DNA from: a virus
Direction: 5' to 3' (one strand)
Virus record (IMG/VR): IMGVR_UViG_3300029305_001596
Location: 1-42,547 of that record
DNA length: 42,547 nt
A program made the position numbers and the translations under genes. This document shows positions 31,801 through 40,597 of the stretch, piece by piece (positions within the stretch are counted from its first letter, which is position 1; each line of letters begins with the position of its first letter). The notes beneath the pieces are model-generated. The model did no database searches, was not told the DNA's origin, and saw only the letters and a list, made by a program, of their open reading frames with translations.

Positions 31801-34800
31801 GGCGCTGCACTTGCTGTTCAGGTCCCATTGCCGAAAGCTGTATGTACTGCCGGATCATGTCGCGCAGCACGTCCTCGCTGGGCAGGCTGTACTGGGTGCG
31901 CGGATGCTGTTCCTTGTATTCTCGCACAAAACGCTCCACAATGTCCTGTGCAACAGGAAGGGTGTTTGCACCACCCTTGTACTCGCCAAGCACGCGCATG
32001 GCCTCTTCCATGTTGAAATTGGGCTGCACAGCCTCCTGCGGCGCGCCAACACCATCATTGTCGTACATCTTAAAGTCGATCAGCGTCTTCCAGTACCCTT
32101 CGGGTGCTACCCAGTGGCCATCTTCGTCTTTGCTCAGGAACATGTCAAACTTCGGAATGCGTCCGTCCTCTTCGCACATGCGAAGGTATGTCCGGGCATT
32201 CTCATCGCCGCTCTTGCTGTAGTCCCAGTAGTCAATGGGGTAGAAGTTTTCTTCCACGTTCTTATACTTGAATTTTCCGTTCTTGTACTGGCCAACCACG
32301 CGGCGTTCGTTCTGCCAGTCGGTAAAATTCTCATATTCGTCCAGCCCCATCAGCTTCAGCTCACGCTCGCCCCATCCGCTCTTGTGGAAGGGGATGATGT
32401 AGTCGAGCTGCGGATCCTTCATCGCGGCAAGCACATGCTCCCGGCTCACGCCAACAATAATGGTGCCAACATTCTTGCTGTACCGTTCACGCAGCGCAAG
32501 CGCATCGGCAATGTCCATGCCCTCAGTCGGGCTGAATGCAAGCGTTCCGTCAGGGTTGAGACCGTTTCCTTCAGCAATCAGGCTCAGGTTGATCTTGATG
32601 CCTGTGTCACCAAACACAGCCGCAAAGTTCGGCACCTTCGTATACGCCTGGCTGGTAAGTCCCTTGGCGCTCATATCCAGCACAGCCTGCATCATGTCGA
32701 TCAGATGCGGGGTCTCAAAATCGCTGAAGCTCTGCACGCGTAAGCCGCCGATTTCAGTTATCTTCTTGATCTGGCCCTTGGTAAGGCTGCGAACATCGCC
32801 TCGGTATTCCGTGCGCAGCTGCACCACCTTCGGGTTGTTACTGCCCTTGCTGTTCATGTTGTCAATGAAATCCTGATAGGCTTTCGGGTGCTCGTGGCGC
32901 AGTTTCTCAAGACCGTCGCTGGTGGTCACCTCATCAAGCCTTGGCTTGTATTCGCCGTTGTAGCCCTCCAGCCATTCACCGGCAAACTTGCCAAGCTGCC
33001 TGCGTCGGCTCTCCACATAACACACGCCGCACGGGCTTTCATAGCCGCTTTCCGCCAGCATGTTGCGAAGACCAATCAGATCATCGCTGGTAAGCACCGT
33101 ATTGGGCAGCAGATGCTGAATCGCGTCAAAGGTTCCCTGATACAAAAGACGCTTGGCGCACAATGTACTTGCGTCCAGCGTCTTCACATATTCCTGATTT
33201 TGCTTCAGCATCACCTGGTTGTCGGCTGCAATGTAATCCAGACGATCCTTGTCAGCGGCAATCGTTGCAGCAACGCTGTTCACATCGTCGATCCAGCGTT
33301 CCACCTTTATGGCGTCAAAACCCTTGCCCAACAGCTGCTGCCTTGCTGTTTCCTTTTCCTTTTCCGTCCAGCTGGAAAGGCTGTAGTCCTTGGCAACCGT
33401 GCCGGAAGGGGTCTCTTCGGCAATCACATTGCCGTCAGAAGTTATTTCTCGGTTTTCAGCGGGTACTTCGCCACGATCTCCCTGGCGAATGCCTCGCGCA
33501 TTTCGTCCTGCTCCTGCTCCGTTTTCCCCTGAAGCTTCATTGCGTTTTCCGCCTTCACGGAAATCGGTACTTTCCTCTCCATACACGCTGTGAAGTATGC
33601 TTCGTTGCGTTTCAAGGTCGTATCCCTCCTGCTCAAGTTCTATCGCATCCTGCTCTATAGCGTTTACCAGTTCAACGTTCTCTGCATCGTATACCTCAAG
33701 CACAGCTTCAGGTTCGCCGTTTGCATCAGTATACACCAGAACATTGTCCATTGCAACAAGGCTGCCGCCGTTCTTCCGCTCCACAAACTGGTATCCACGG
33801 TAGTTCTTGTCGTTCATGTTGGAACGCAGCCGTGCGTACTCGTTGGGGTCAAGCAGGTCAGGAAGTGAATACTGCAAACGCTCCCCTGTCACATCGCCTG
33901 CTTCAAGCCCGTATTCAGAAAGGTCGATAGCGCCTCCCTTTCTGGGGATGGGTGTGTATGCTTCCCTGATCTTTGCTTTTTCAGCTTCGGATGCGTTCTG
34001 GTATTCCTCGGATGCCATCACTTCCTCCAGCTGCTGGCGAAGAATCGCATCCGTGTCAGCATCGTCAAGAATGCGGGTTACCTTCATTGCACCAGTGATG
34101 ATCCAAGGAACTGTATCGGGATTGGGGTTCGTGCGGTATCTGTAATAACCGGCAGTTCCGTCCTCCTCACGAGGCAATCTGGGCAAACCAGCAAGAGAAT
34201 GCTGGAACTTGCCATTTGCATTGTAACCGTAGCTCATAGCCTCTTCCTGATAGTCGTGATCAGCTGCGCACTCGCATTCTGCCCACACAAAGTTTTCGGG
34301 GAACAATTCCTTCTTCCCGATTTCGGGGTTCAGCCTGTTAAACTGTGTTGCCTTGGGAGAATCGCCAAGGTGCCAACCGGGTCGGTATGCAAGCTGCGTC
34401 TTGCCCGTGTTGGTTCCTTTGCCGCCAGCCTGTACCTGCGGTCGGCCAGTCTTGCTGTCTGCTCCGCGAGGCGCTGCATCTGCATTCAACCAAACGCCAA
34501 CAGGGGTCGGCTCGCCACCCGGATTTGCAACCATCGGCGGGTACAAACCGGGCTTGTTCTTAAAAACAGCAAACACCTTGTAGCCCTTGATGGTGTGCAC
34601 AGGGTCAGGTTCCTCACGAAGCGAATACTGAATGCCGTCTGTGGGGAACTCTCTCTGCTTATTTTCTGCACCCAGCGCCGTTTCAAACAGCTCTCTGGCA
34701 CGGTCCAGCTCGCTGTAATCCTCGCGTGCAATGCCCGTCAGCTTGCTGATGAAGTTCTTGATCGTCTCAAGGATCCTGCGTGCCACACTGGGCTTTTCAG

Positions 34801-37800
34801 CGGCCAGACGATTGATACTCTCCTCATCGCCGTACAGGATCTTGCGGGTCAGGTCGGCTACGATCTCGCGCCGCGCCTCATCCTCAGTAAGCGGCGTTGC
34901 ATCCACAGTCGGGTCCAGTGCAGCCATCATCTCAAGCTGCGTGTTGTATCGCTTCATGCGTGCAGCAATATCCCTGTCAAGCTGCCCTTCATCACTGCCT
35001 GAATACGCAATGCCAATCAGAGCGTCTGCAAACTCCTGATAGCTTTCGCTCTGTTCCATGCGATGGGTCAGTTCGTGCAGCACCGTGCCGTACAGCATGT
35101 CGCTCTGCGTGGCGTTCTGGTCAATCTCCACCTTGCCGGTTCTGGCGTTGTAGCTGCCATTATAACGCAGCGCAGTACCTCCCTTGGTAGTGTCCACCAC
35201 GTCAAACTGCACGCCGTACTTCTTGGTCAGCTGCTGCATAAACCTGTTGCGGCTCTCCTGTGCTTCAGGGGTCATCTCTCGCTGGATCTCCCTGTAGATG
35301 GCGTCGATCCGTTGCTGTTCTTCAGGCGTTGCATCTGCAAAGTTGCTGCTGGTAAAGTCAGCAATGCCCATTGCCGTCACGTTGCCGCTTTCACGGGCAG
35401 CGCTGCGCACGGCAGCACGCTCTGCCTTGACAATCGCATTTTGGTTGGCAACGGCAGCCAGCTCCGTCTGCGCCATCGCCAGTGCGGTTTCCTGCACATT
35501 AGCCTTGGCGGCTTCGTATTCACCCTGTGCTTCCTGTGCCTCGCGCTGGGCAGTGACCATCTCTTCCTGCGCCTGGTTCTTTTCTTCGATAACTGCCAGC
35601 ACTTCGTTGGTCGCCTTGGGGTCGGCAGGGTTTTCGTTCATGCGCCGGGTGGCGTCGGCCAGCTTCTGCTGCGTCAGTTCTTTCTTGCGCTGTGCGCTTT
35701 CAAAACGATCTGCTGCCTTGCTCACGCTCTTCTTTGCCGCTTCCACAGCAGATCCATCAATGGCTCCGCTGGCCATCATTTCGCCTGCCTTGGCTTCGGT
35801 CACCACTTTGGTGGCGCGTTCACGAACCGACTCAGCAATGGTCGGATCCTGCAAATCCTGCGCCACCGCATTCACCAGCGTATTCGCATCTTCAGCAGTG
35901 ATGGCGGATTTCTTCATCAGGCTTTCGGCAACCTTCACGCTGTTGGCATAGGAGGGGAACACAGACACAGAACTGCCAATGGAGATCAATCCGCCCATCA
36001 GCGCATCAGCAGTCAGCTCACGGCCATATTCCTGCCAGTCGCGCTCCAGCGGATTCTCTCCCTTGATCAGGCCCGTCACAGCCTCGGTCACAATGTTTTC
36101 CGCAGGCTCCTGCACCGCTTCGTTCACAGCCGTCTTGCCAATGTTCACCATGAAATGACCAAACATCTTGCCCCAGCGCGAAAGCCCGGCCACCACACTG
36201 GAACCGGGAACAAGGGCCAGTTTCTCCACAACCTCTTCCACATAGGGCATGTTGCTGGCCTCGATGTTTTTCAAAATACCGTCCCACTGGCTCATGGCAG
36301 CCGTCACCGCAGCAGCGCCCAAACCGGCAGCAGCGCTTGTCAGGTAGTCTTCACCTTCGTTGTAGCTGTCCCACATTTCGCGCAGTCCGCTCTCTGCGGC
36401 AAAGGGAGTGCTGCTGATCATACGGTTCAAAAACTTCAGTTTATCGCCAAACACAGCAGTGGATGCATTGCCAAGCGCCTTTGCAACGCCGCCCATCTGC
36501 TGCATCTTGATCATCTCACTGCCAACGGTGCCAGCCATAATCTCAAGCGGCGTTCCGTTCTCCAAAAGCACCTCGTTGTGCCCAGCCAGTGTGGTGTTCA
36601 TTTCATTGGCAAATTCAGCGCCGTAATCGGCTACCTCTTCATTGCCAAAAAGCTTTCCTGCACCGGTAATGATGCTGCCAACAAACTTGTCCACCAGGTC
36701 AGTAATGGCATAAGCCGTGTGATCCAGCGCCCACATCGCAACATTGGAAACGCCAATGCCGTCGTTGTTCTGCGCTTCCACCAGCTTGCCGTCCATGCCA
36801 AGCACACCGTCCAGCCAGCCAATGAACCCGCCAAGCTCTTCATCGCCAATGTCGTAGGCTTCCTTCAGCAGCATCTCATACTCAGCCAGCTCCACGCGAA
36901 CATCGGGATCCATCATTTTTCTGGGCAGATCACCGGCAATCGCCATCTGCATCAGCGCAGCGGTCGCCTTCTGGCTGCCCTCACTGTGCACCATGTCCTG
37001 TATGTATTCGTCGCCGCTTTGCTTCACAGCGCCTTCGATCAGCTGAAACTGGTACTGGCATGCAGTGCGGTAGTCGTTGTTGTACAGTGCCTCGTCGATC
37101 CCTGCATACAGTTCTTCTTTCGTCATAGAAGGGCTTTTAACAGGGGTTTCAGAAAGGGATTCGGGTGTTAAAGCCTCAACTTCCGGCGTGGGTTTATAGC
37201 CCTCCTGCGTGCGTTTTGCGGCACCGTCAGTATCGGTGCGCATCACAGCGTCATTGCCGCTCTTTGCGCCTGCCCACAAGCGCCCCTCGCTGTAAATGTC
37301 AGCGGGGGGAGTTGCGTACAGGCTCTGCTTGCTGGCCATCACACCAGCGCCCGGTATGGTGCTTTCGTCAATCAGACTGCCACGGGCATTCACCTGGGCA
37401 ATCTTTTCCGCGTTCACCGCAAGGCCAAGCGCTGCTTCGTTCTTGGCCGCATTGTCCTCTGCCCACTTGGTGTCCCACTGCAATCGGATGCTCTGTTCCA
37501 GCGCTTCTTTGTCAAAGCTGATCTCATGCAGCGGTTCCACTTCCATCTTGTCCAGATGAGGCGTGCGGCTGGTGCCGTCAGCGTTGTTGAAGATGAAATG
37601 CACCGCTTCATCCGCGCTGTCAAATCCACCGCTGCGGATCGTGTCCTGCATCCGCTTGTGGAAGTCGGCCAGTTCACGGTCGTATGCCTCCGTAGCCAGA
37701 AAACTCTGGTAGGTATCGCGGAAGGCTCGCTTCTCTTCATTGGTGCCTCCGGCCAGCACCTTTCGGTAGTTCTGGTCAAAGTAATCCTTGCTGGTGGCTT

Positions 37801-37984
37801 CTTTGCCAAAACGCTCACGGGCAGCAGTGTATCGCGGGGCACTCAACAACCTGCTCCGCTCAATCTCCGCCGCTTTTGAAGGACGATTCGTCCCAGAAGT
37901 CCCATTGCTGGCTGGTTTCTCCCAGCCTTCTTCCTTTGCTATGCTCTGCAGCCGGTTCAGTGCTTTCTTGAACTTATCGTCCAT
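28898..37984 (-). CDS. Giant multidomain (polyvalent-type) protein, 3,028 aa, with an HExxH metallopeptidase-like motif; probable virion-delivered protein
   Basis: Uninterrupted ORF. ATG 37984 lies 5 nt after GAGGG (GTG 37996 alternative). GTVLHELTHRMEQSE. Coiled coils, Gly/Ala-rich hydrophobic helices, and several large blocks I cannot assign. Confidence 0.85.
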   Translation of the reverse strand: MDDKFKKALNRLQSIAKEEGWEKPASNGTSGTNRPSKAAEIERSRLLSAPRYTAARERFGKEATSKDYFDQNYRKVLAGGTNEEKRAFRDTYQSFLATEAYDRELADFHKRMQDTIRSGGFDSADEAVHFIFNNADGTSRTPHLDKMEVEPLHEISFDKEALEQSIRLQWDTKWAEDNAAKNEAALGLAVNAEKIAQVNARGSLIDESTIPGAGVMASKQSLYATPPADIYSEGRLWAGAKSGNDAVMRTDTDGAAKRTQEGYKPTPEVEALTPESLSETPVKSPSMTKEELYAGIDEALYNNDYRTACQYQFQLIEGAVKQSGDEYIQDMVHSEGSQKATAALMQMAIAGDLPRKMMDPDVRVELAEYEMLLKEAYDIGDEELGGFIGWLDGVLGMDGKLVEAQNNDGIGVSNVAMWALDHTAYAITDLVDKFVGSIITGAGKLFGNEEVADYGAEFANEMNTTLAGHNEVLLENGTPLEIMAGTVGSEMIKMQQMGGVAKALGNASTAVFGDKLKFLNRMISSTPFAAESGLREMWDSYNEGEDYLTSAAAGLGAAAVTAAMSQWDGILKNIEASNMPYVEEVVEKLALVPGSSVVAGLSRWGKMFGHFMVNIGKTAVNEAVQEPAENIVTEAVTGLIKGENPLERDWQEYGRELTADALMGGLISIGSSVSVFPSYANSVKVAESLMKKSAITAEDANTLVNAVAQDLQDPTIAESVRERATKVVTEAKAGEMMASGAIDGSAVEAAKKSVSKAADRFESAQRKKELTQQKLADATRRMNENPADPKATNEVLAVIEEKNQAQEEMVTAQREAQEAQGEYEAAKANVQETALAMAQTELAAVANQNAIVKAERAAVRSAARESGNVTAMGIADFTSSNFADATPEEQQRIDAIYREIQREMTPEAQESRNRFMQQLTKKYGVQFDVVDTTKGGTALRYNGSYNARTGKVEIDQNATQSDMLYGTVLHELTHRMEQSESYQEFADALIGIAYSGSDEGQLDRDIAARMKRYNTQLEMMAALDPTVDATPLTEDEARREIVADLTRKILYGDEESINRLAAEKPSVARRILETIKNFISKLTGIAREDYSELDRARELFETALGAENKQREFPTDGIQYSLREEPDPVHTIKGYKVFAVFKNKPGLYPPMVANPGGEPTPVGVWLNADAAPRGADSKTGRPQVQAGGKGTNTGKTQLAYRPGWHLGDSPKATQFNRLNPEIGKKELFPENFVWAECECAADHDYQEEAMSYGYNANGKFQHSLAGLPRLPREEDGTAGYYRYRTNPNPDTVPWIITGAMKVTRILDDADTDAILRQQLEEVMASEEYQNASEAEKAKIREAYTPIPRKGGAIDLSEYGLEAGDVTGERLQYSLPDLLDPNEYARLRSNMNDKNYRGYQFVERKNGGSLVAMDNVLVYTDANGEPEAVLEVYDAENVELVNAIEQDAIELEQEGYDLETQRSILHSVYGEESTDFREGGKRNEASGENGAGAGRNARGIRQGDRGEVPAENREITSDGNVIAEETPSGTVAKDYSLSSWTEKEKETARQQLLGKGFDAIKVERWIDDVNSVAATIAADKDRLDYIAADNQVMLKQNQEYVKTLDASTLCAKRLLYQGTFDAIQHLLPNTVLTSDDLIGLRNMLAESGYESPCGVCYVESRRRQLGKFAGEWLEGYNGEYKPRLDEVTTSDGLEKLRHEHPKAYQDFIDNMNSKGSNNPKVVQLRTEYRGDVRSLTKGQIKKITEIGGLRVQSFSDFETPHLIDMMQAVLDMSAKGLTSQAYTKVPNFAAVFGDTGIKINLSLIAEGNGLNPDGTLAFSPTEGMDIADALALRERYSKNVGTIIVGVSREHVLAAMKDPQLDYIIPFHKSGWGERELKLMGLDEYENFTDWQNERRVVGQYKNGKFKYKNVEENFYPIDYWDYSKSGDENARTYLRMCEEDGRIPKFDMFLSKDEDGHWVAPEGYWKTLIDFKMYDNDGVGAPQEAVQPNFNMEEAMRVLGEYKGGANTLPVAQDIVERFVREYKEQHPRTQYSLPSEDVLRDMIRQYIQLSAMGPEQQVQRPMGERQFARQSVQQSEAMPDWLKQEMYQNPEELNYEIDTNMEQAERGYNRIVQNGFEQERDRLLGLERFSADDTAEANVIMAIANHNGDAETLLAIASKYNREGTKAGQELQARKLFSKMSPTGAKAMVAGSLENSLQEELRTHAPKKKAMDSAAEQVRSKLLGLPEPEQASYDSRYGVELNGYQRALIDQYKLGKERRPGINYNRATVKQRMLEAILATPYPMNEMNGLTLVQRLEYMNEGLAVVTTADLDYIGAQLGLFVGAGAESGGRDADLAIARAYEAFGNITPVSGREKLRTWRYMSMLGTLTSPMRNVIGNVAQNTMNAVSHGIAVGLDTAIGAASGQRTVASLNMKERADGWKAFAQETKDTFRDFFVDKAEVQNRQGDKYNTRREGRVYQSNALETFRNVESFLMSFGDRNFWKKAYVNSLSEQQKLLDRGLLHNEDGTTPTYDQMVERAENDANFATFTEDNAVRDALSAMKRIPGIGDALDYIMPFTGVPTNIVKRMWQYSPMGLAQTAIQHGMRAVRGETFEQQRFVEGMARGLTGSAMVGLGMMLGSLGVIKMGTQDEDDAKKRGLQTAVGAQYTPYVYNPLTNEYMSLSTFAPAVSPIIMGVAANSIFEDDEDAWNAMMSATTASMDQILDASFMSGLKDIFEGYGSTSENIRDTLIESALSQNVPALISQLANAVDPYVRDTKDKNVMMAALKSGLINKLPWIRNELLPEKVDVTGQSVMTKENWRNFIDPFTTTDARDDAVVNELLRLSEATGASDMLPVDALSGTKDTLTSKGNSITLDPFQKEAYKKRYGELWYKGGTYADANGREIAVTGVEELIGSKEYQALSDDEKAKKVKAIVDLAKSVAVAEAFGKGTEGYETAMETVSTKQKSINKSSIADEVSRGNYKNLGSYVKGLEYAGTKASSIKSTVTSFMKEHYKQASEAQRKEIRRILYQTGLYDDYNFEANWLKK

Positions 37985-37992
37985 CGGAACCC

Positions 37993-38886
37993 TCACTTCT
38001 TCTTTTTGTCCAGAATACTTGCAGCTTTATTGGCAGCCAATCCGCTCTTGCTGCTCACCTTGCTTGTCAGGCTCTGCATCGGGGTAGGCGCGGCAGGCGG
38101 TTTCTGCAGCGCGTCATACAGGTTCTTTGCCGCTTCCTTGTTGTATACCTGTGCATTGGCAGCCAGCGCGTCAACCAGCGTGTTCACAGGCTTGCCGGTG
38201 TAGGACGCGGTGGTGGTTTTCTTGTTTCCGCTTCCGCTGCTTCCGCCGCCTCCGCTGCTTCCGCCGCCGCCATACTTGGCGTTGAACTCTGCCTGCCACA
38301 TCGCATACTCACGGTCAGCCAGTGCTTCGGCGTTCTGATATTCATATATCTGCATCGCAAGCTGGTTGGCATCCTGCCCACGGCCATACTGCTGGTTCTC
38401 CAGTTCATCCAGGTAGGCCAGAATATCCGCCTGCTCCTGTGCGCTCAGGCTCTCCAGTTCAGCCGCCAGCTGGCTTCCAAGCAGCGCCTTCTGCTGCTGC
38501 AGGTTCTTGGTCTGCGCCGCCTGCGTGTCCAGTATTGCCTGCTGCGCTTCTACGCCCTGCATGCCAATGTTGGCCAGGCTGGCCGCATTGTAGCTGCTGC
38601 GCTGCATGCCGCGGCCAAGGCTTGCACGGTCAAAGGCACTGACTGTCTGCGCGTAGTTCTTCGCGCTCTGCTCAAGTTGCTTGCCGTATGTCGCATCAAG
38701 GCTTGCAAGCTGCTGGTCTATCAGCATTGCATTGGTATCATGCTCCTGCTGCGCTGCCAGCTCTTTGGCGTCGTATACCGCGCCATATCGGTCCTGCGCT
38801 TTCTTGCGCATTTCTTCTTCGGTCAGTGGAGTGTAGCTCTGCCCGTTCAGTTTGGCAAGCAGCTGCTCCAGGTTGGAACTGGCCAT
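37993..38886 (-). CDS. Coiled-coil protein with Gly/Ser linker (297 aa), unknown late function
   Basis: ATG 38886 lies just after the holin stop. Gln/Ala-rich heptads. GGGGSSGGGGSSGSG linker. Lys-rich tail. Confidence 0.6.
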   Translation of the reverse strand: MASSNLEQLLAKLNGQSYTPLTEEEMRKKAQDRYGAVYDAKELAAQQEHDTNAMLIDQQLASLDATYGKQLEQSAKNYAQTVSAFDRASLGRGMQRSSYNAASLANIGMQGVEAQQAILDTQAAQTKNLQQQKALLGSQLAAELESLSAQEQADILAYLDELENQQYGRGQDANQLAMQIYEYQNAEALADREYAMWQAEFNAKYGGGGSSGGGGSSGSGNKKTTTASYTGKPVNTLVDALAANAQVYNKEAAKNLYDALQKPPAAPTPMQSLTSKVSSKSGLAANKAASILDKKKK

Positions 38887-38887
38887 C

Positions 38888-39091
38888 TTACTCCACCTCC
38901 GGCAGTCCGGCAATGCTGGTCAGCATACTGGTTATGCCTGCCACGCAGGCAACGCTCAGTACCGCAACCCAGTTAACGTCCATCACGCCAACCATGTCGC
39001 CTGCCAGCATGCCAACCATAGACTGCGCCATCGTCTTCAGCGCACGCACGCCAGCGCAGGTCCACCACTTCGCAGTAAAAATGCTGTTCAT
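38888..39091 (-). CDS. Holin (67 aa), r1t/actinophage-like two-TM type
   Basis: WWTCAGVRALKTMAQSMVGMLAG...VNWVAVLSVACVAGITSMLTSIAGLPEVE matches the remembered pattern of that holin family. AAGGAGGA SD. Confidence 0.65.
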   Translation of the reverse strand: MNSIFTAKWWTCAGVRALKTMAQSMVGMLAGDMVGVMDVNWVAVLSVACVAGITSMLTSIAGLPEVE

Positions 39092-39103
39092 CGCTCTTCC
39101 TCC

Positions 39104-40240
39104 TTATATCGTCAAAACAACGTCCCGTATCTCGTTGATCACGCCTGCAGCCGGATACCCAGGTACGGCTGCAAAGCTGTATTGCCCTTTATTCGCCGCC
39201 AGAAGGCATTCATTCATCTTCTTTTCAAGGCCTTCCATCTGCCTGCGCCAGTCTCCAAAAACGCCTACAACGCCTTCCAGCACGCAATCCGGCACACTGT
39301 AGAAAGCGCACGCGCTGTTCACTGCCGCAAGCAGTTCTTCAATGTCTGCCCTGTGGCTCACCTGCTCATTGCTGATCACATCGCCAGGCGCGATTGCACG
39401 TCCCCATGAATGCCCCGTTACCGTAAAACTCACACCGTCCGTGGCACTCTCTGCACCGATGGTATCCACCAGCTTGTATCTCACGGTATGCGTTCCGTTC
39501 GTAAGCCCACTCAGATGGTCGTATACCTTGCTGTCGCCAGTTGCTGTCGCCACATCCGTCCATGCTCCGCTGTCGATGCTCCGCTTCAACATCACCATAT
39601 CGCCGTCAGGGTCGGCAGGGCACTGGATCCTGATGGTGGGAGAATGGCAGAAGGTGATCGCTCCGCTGCTGGGAACCTCCACAGTCGGCGTTCCGGCAGC
39701 AGAATTGCCATTCAGCAGCGTGCTGGCCACCGTGTATCCGCTGTAGTACGTCGATCCTGCGCTGCCCTTGGTTCGCACCCTGTACTGCCTCACCATTCCG
39801 GCGTTTACCGTCACACTCACGGTTCTTCCCGTCACATCCTCGTCTCCGCTCCATGCGCCCCAGGTGGAGGAATTGATGCTTCTCTCCCTCCAGCTCACGC
39901 CAAAGGCCGTAAACGCGTTCAGGTCGCCGCCACCGCCGCCTGTAATGGTCATCACTTTGGTAACCGTGTCTATCGCAAGGCTCGTCGGCGCAGTGCAGTA
40001 GTCCGTGGTCGTTTCGTATACCGGCTCAATCTCCTGGCAGTAGGTGTAGTTCAGCCAGCCTGCCGGGTCTATCATCAGGTATCGGCTGTTGGTGATCCTG
40101 CTTGCGTAATCCTTGTGAAGATAAATCACAGTTCCGCTGTGGATTCTTGTTTTGGTACCACTTCCATCCGCGTACTGGTAGTAGTACATTGCGCTGCCGC
40201 CTTTGGCTATGGCATGGTATTTGGTAATAACTTTTGCCAT
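39104..40240 (-). CDS. Late structural-like protein with beta/Ig-like repeats (378 aa), possible fibre or spike component
   Basis: ORF track. Beta-rich Thr/Ser/Gly composition. Lies next to a fibre-motif gene. No catalytic motif seen. Confidence 0.5.
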   Translation of the reverse strand: MAKVITKYHAIAKGGSAMYYYQYADGSGTKTRIHSGTVIYLHKDYASRITNSRYLMIDPAGWLNYTYCQEIEPVYETTTDYCTAPTSLAIDTVTKVMTITGGGGGDLNAFTAFGVSWRERSINSSTWGAWSGDEDVTGRTVSVTVNAGMVRQYRVRTKGSAGSTYYSGYTVASTLLNGNSAAGTPTVEVPSSGAITFCHSPTIRIQCPADPDGDMVMLKRSIDSGAWTDVATATGDSKVYDHLSGLTNGTHTVRYKLVDTIGAESATDGVSFTVTGHSWGRAIAPGDVISNEQVSHRADIEELLAAVNSACAFYSVPDCVLEGVVGVFGDWRRQMEGLEKKMNECLLAANKGQYSFAAVPGYPAAGVINEIRDVVLTI

Positions 40241-40251
40241 GCGCTCACCCC

Positions 40252-40584
40252 TTAACGAAACAGCGCATTGTCAAGGTACTTCCCCTTCAGGTCAATGCTG
40301 TTTTCGCCAACGCCAAAATTTCCATTCAGCGTATCAAACGCCGCAGCCACTTCTTTCAAAGTGCGCTTATCCTCAGCGCTGACGGTAATGTTCTCGCCGG
40401 TCAGGGTCACGTTACCGTTCACCTGCTCAACCCAGTTTACGTTGGTGGTCTTGCCGTCCGAGCCTTTCAGGCTTGCCAGCCATTCCGCTTCAGTACCCTC
40501 AAAGCCGTTTTCAACGGCCACTTCATACGCACTGGCACCCTTCCAGGTGTTCACGTTCATTCTCATTTTGCCGCAGTTCGCCAT
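40252..40584 (-). CDS. Small tail-fibre-motif protein (110 aa)
   Basis: GASAYEVAVENGFEGTEAEWLASLKGSDG is a motif recurrent at the N-termini of phage fibre proteins. GAGAGGTG SD. Confidence 0.55.
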   Translation of the reverse strand: MANCGKMRMNVNTWKGASAYEVAVENGFEGTEAEWLASLKGSDGKTTNVNWVEQVNGNVTLTGENITVSAEDKRTLKEVAAAFDTLNGNFGVGENSIDLKGKYLDNALFR

Positions 40585-40597
40585 ATCGTATCACCTC

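Noticed and set aside
28898-37984. The giant ORF as an N4-like virion RNA polymerase, prompted by the N4-gp56-like capsid protein, or as a crAss-type DPBB polymerase.
   Set aside because: I could not find T7-like polymerase motifs (DxSCSGxQH, RxxxKxxxxxxYG, HDS) or a DxDGD metal-binding motif. The phage has host sigma-70-type early promoters and a CI/Cro switch, so it does not need an injected polymerase. This remains to be excluded formally by HMM search.
38215-38275. GC-rich simple-sequence repeat (cttccgctgcttccgccgcc...).
   Set aside because: It encodes the GGGGSSGGGGSSGSG linker of the 297-aa protein in frame. It is not an independent repeat element.
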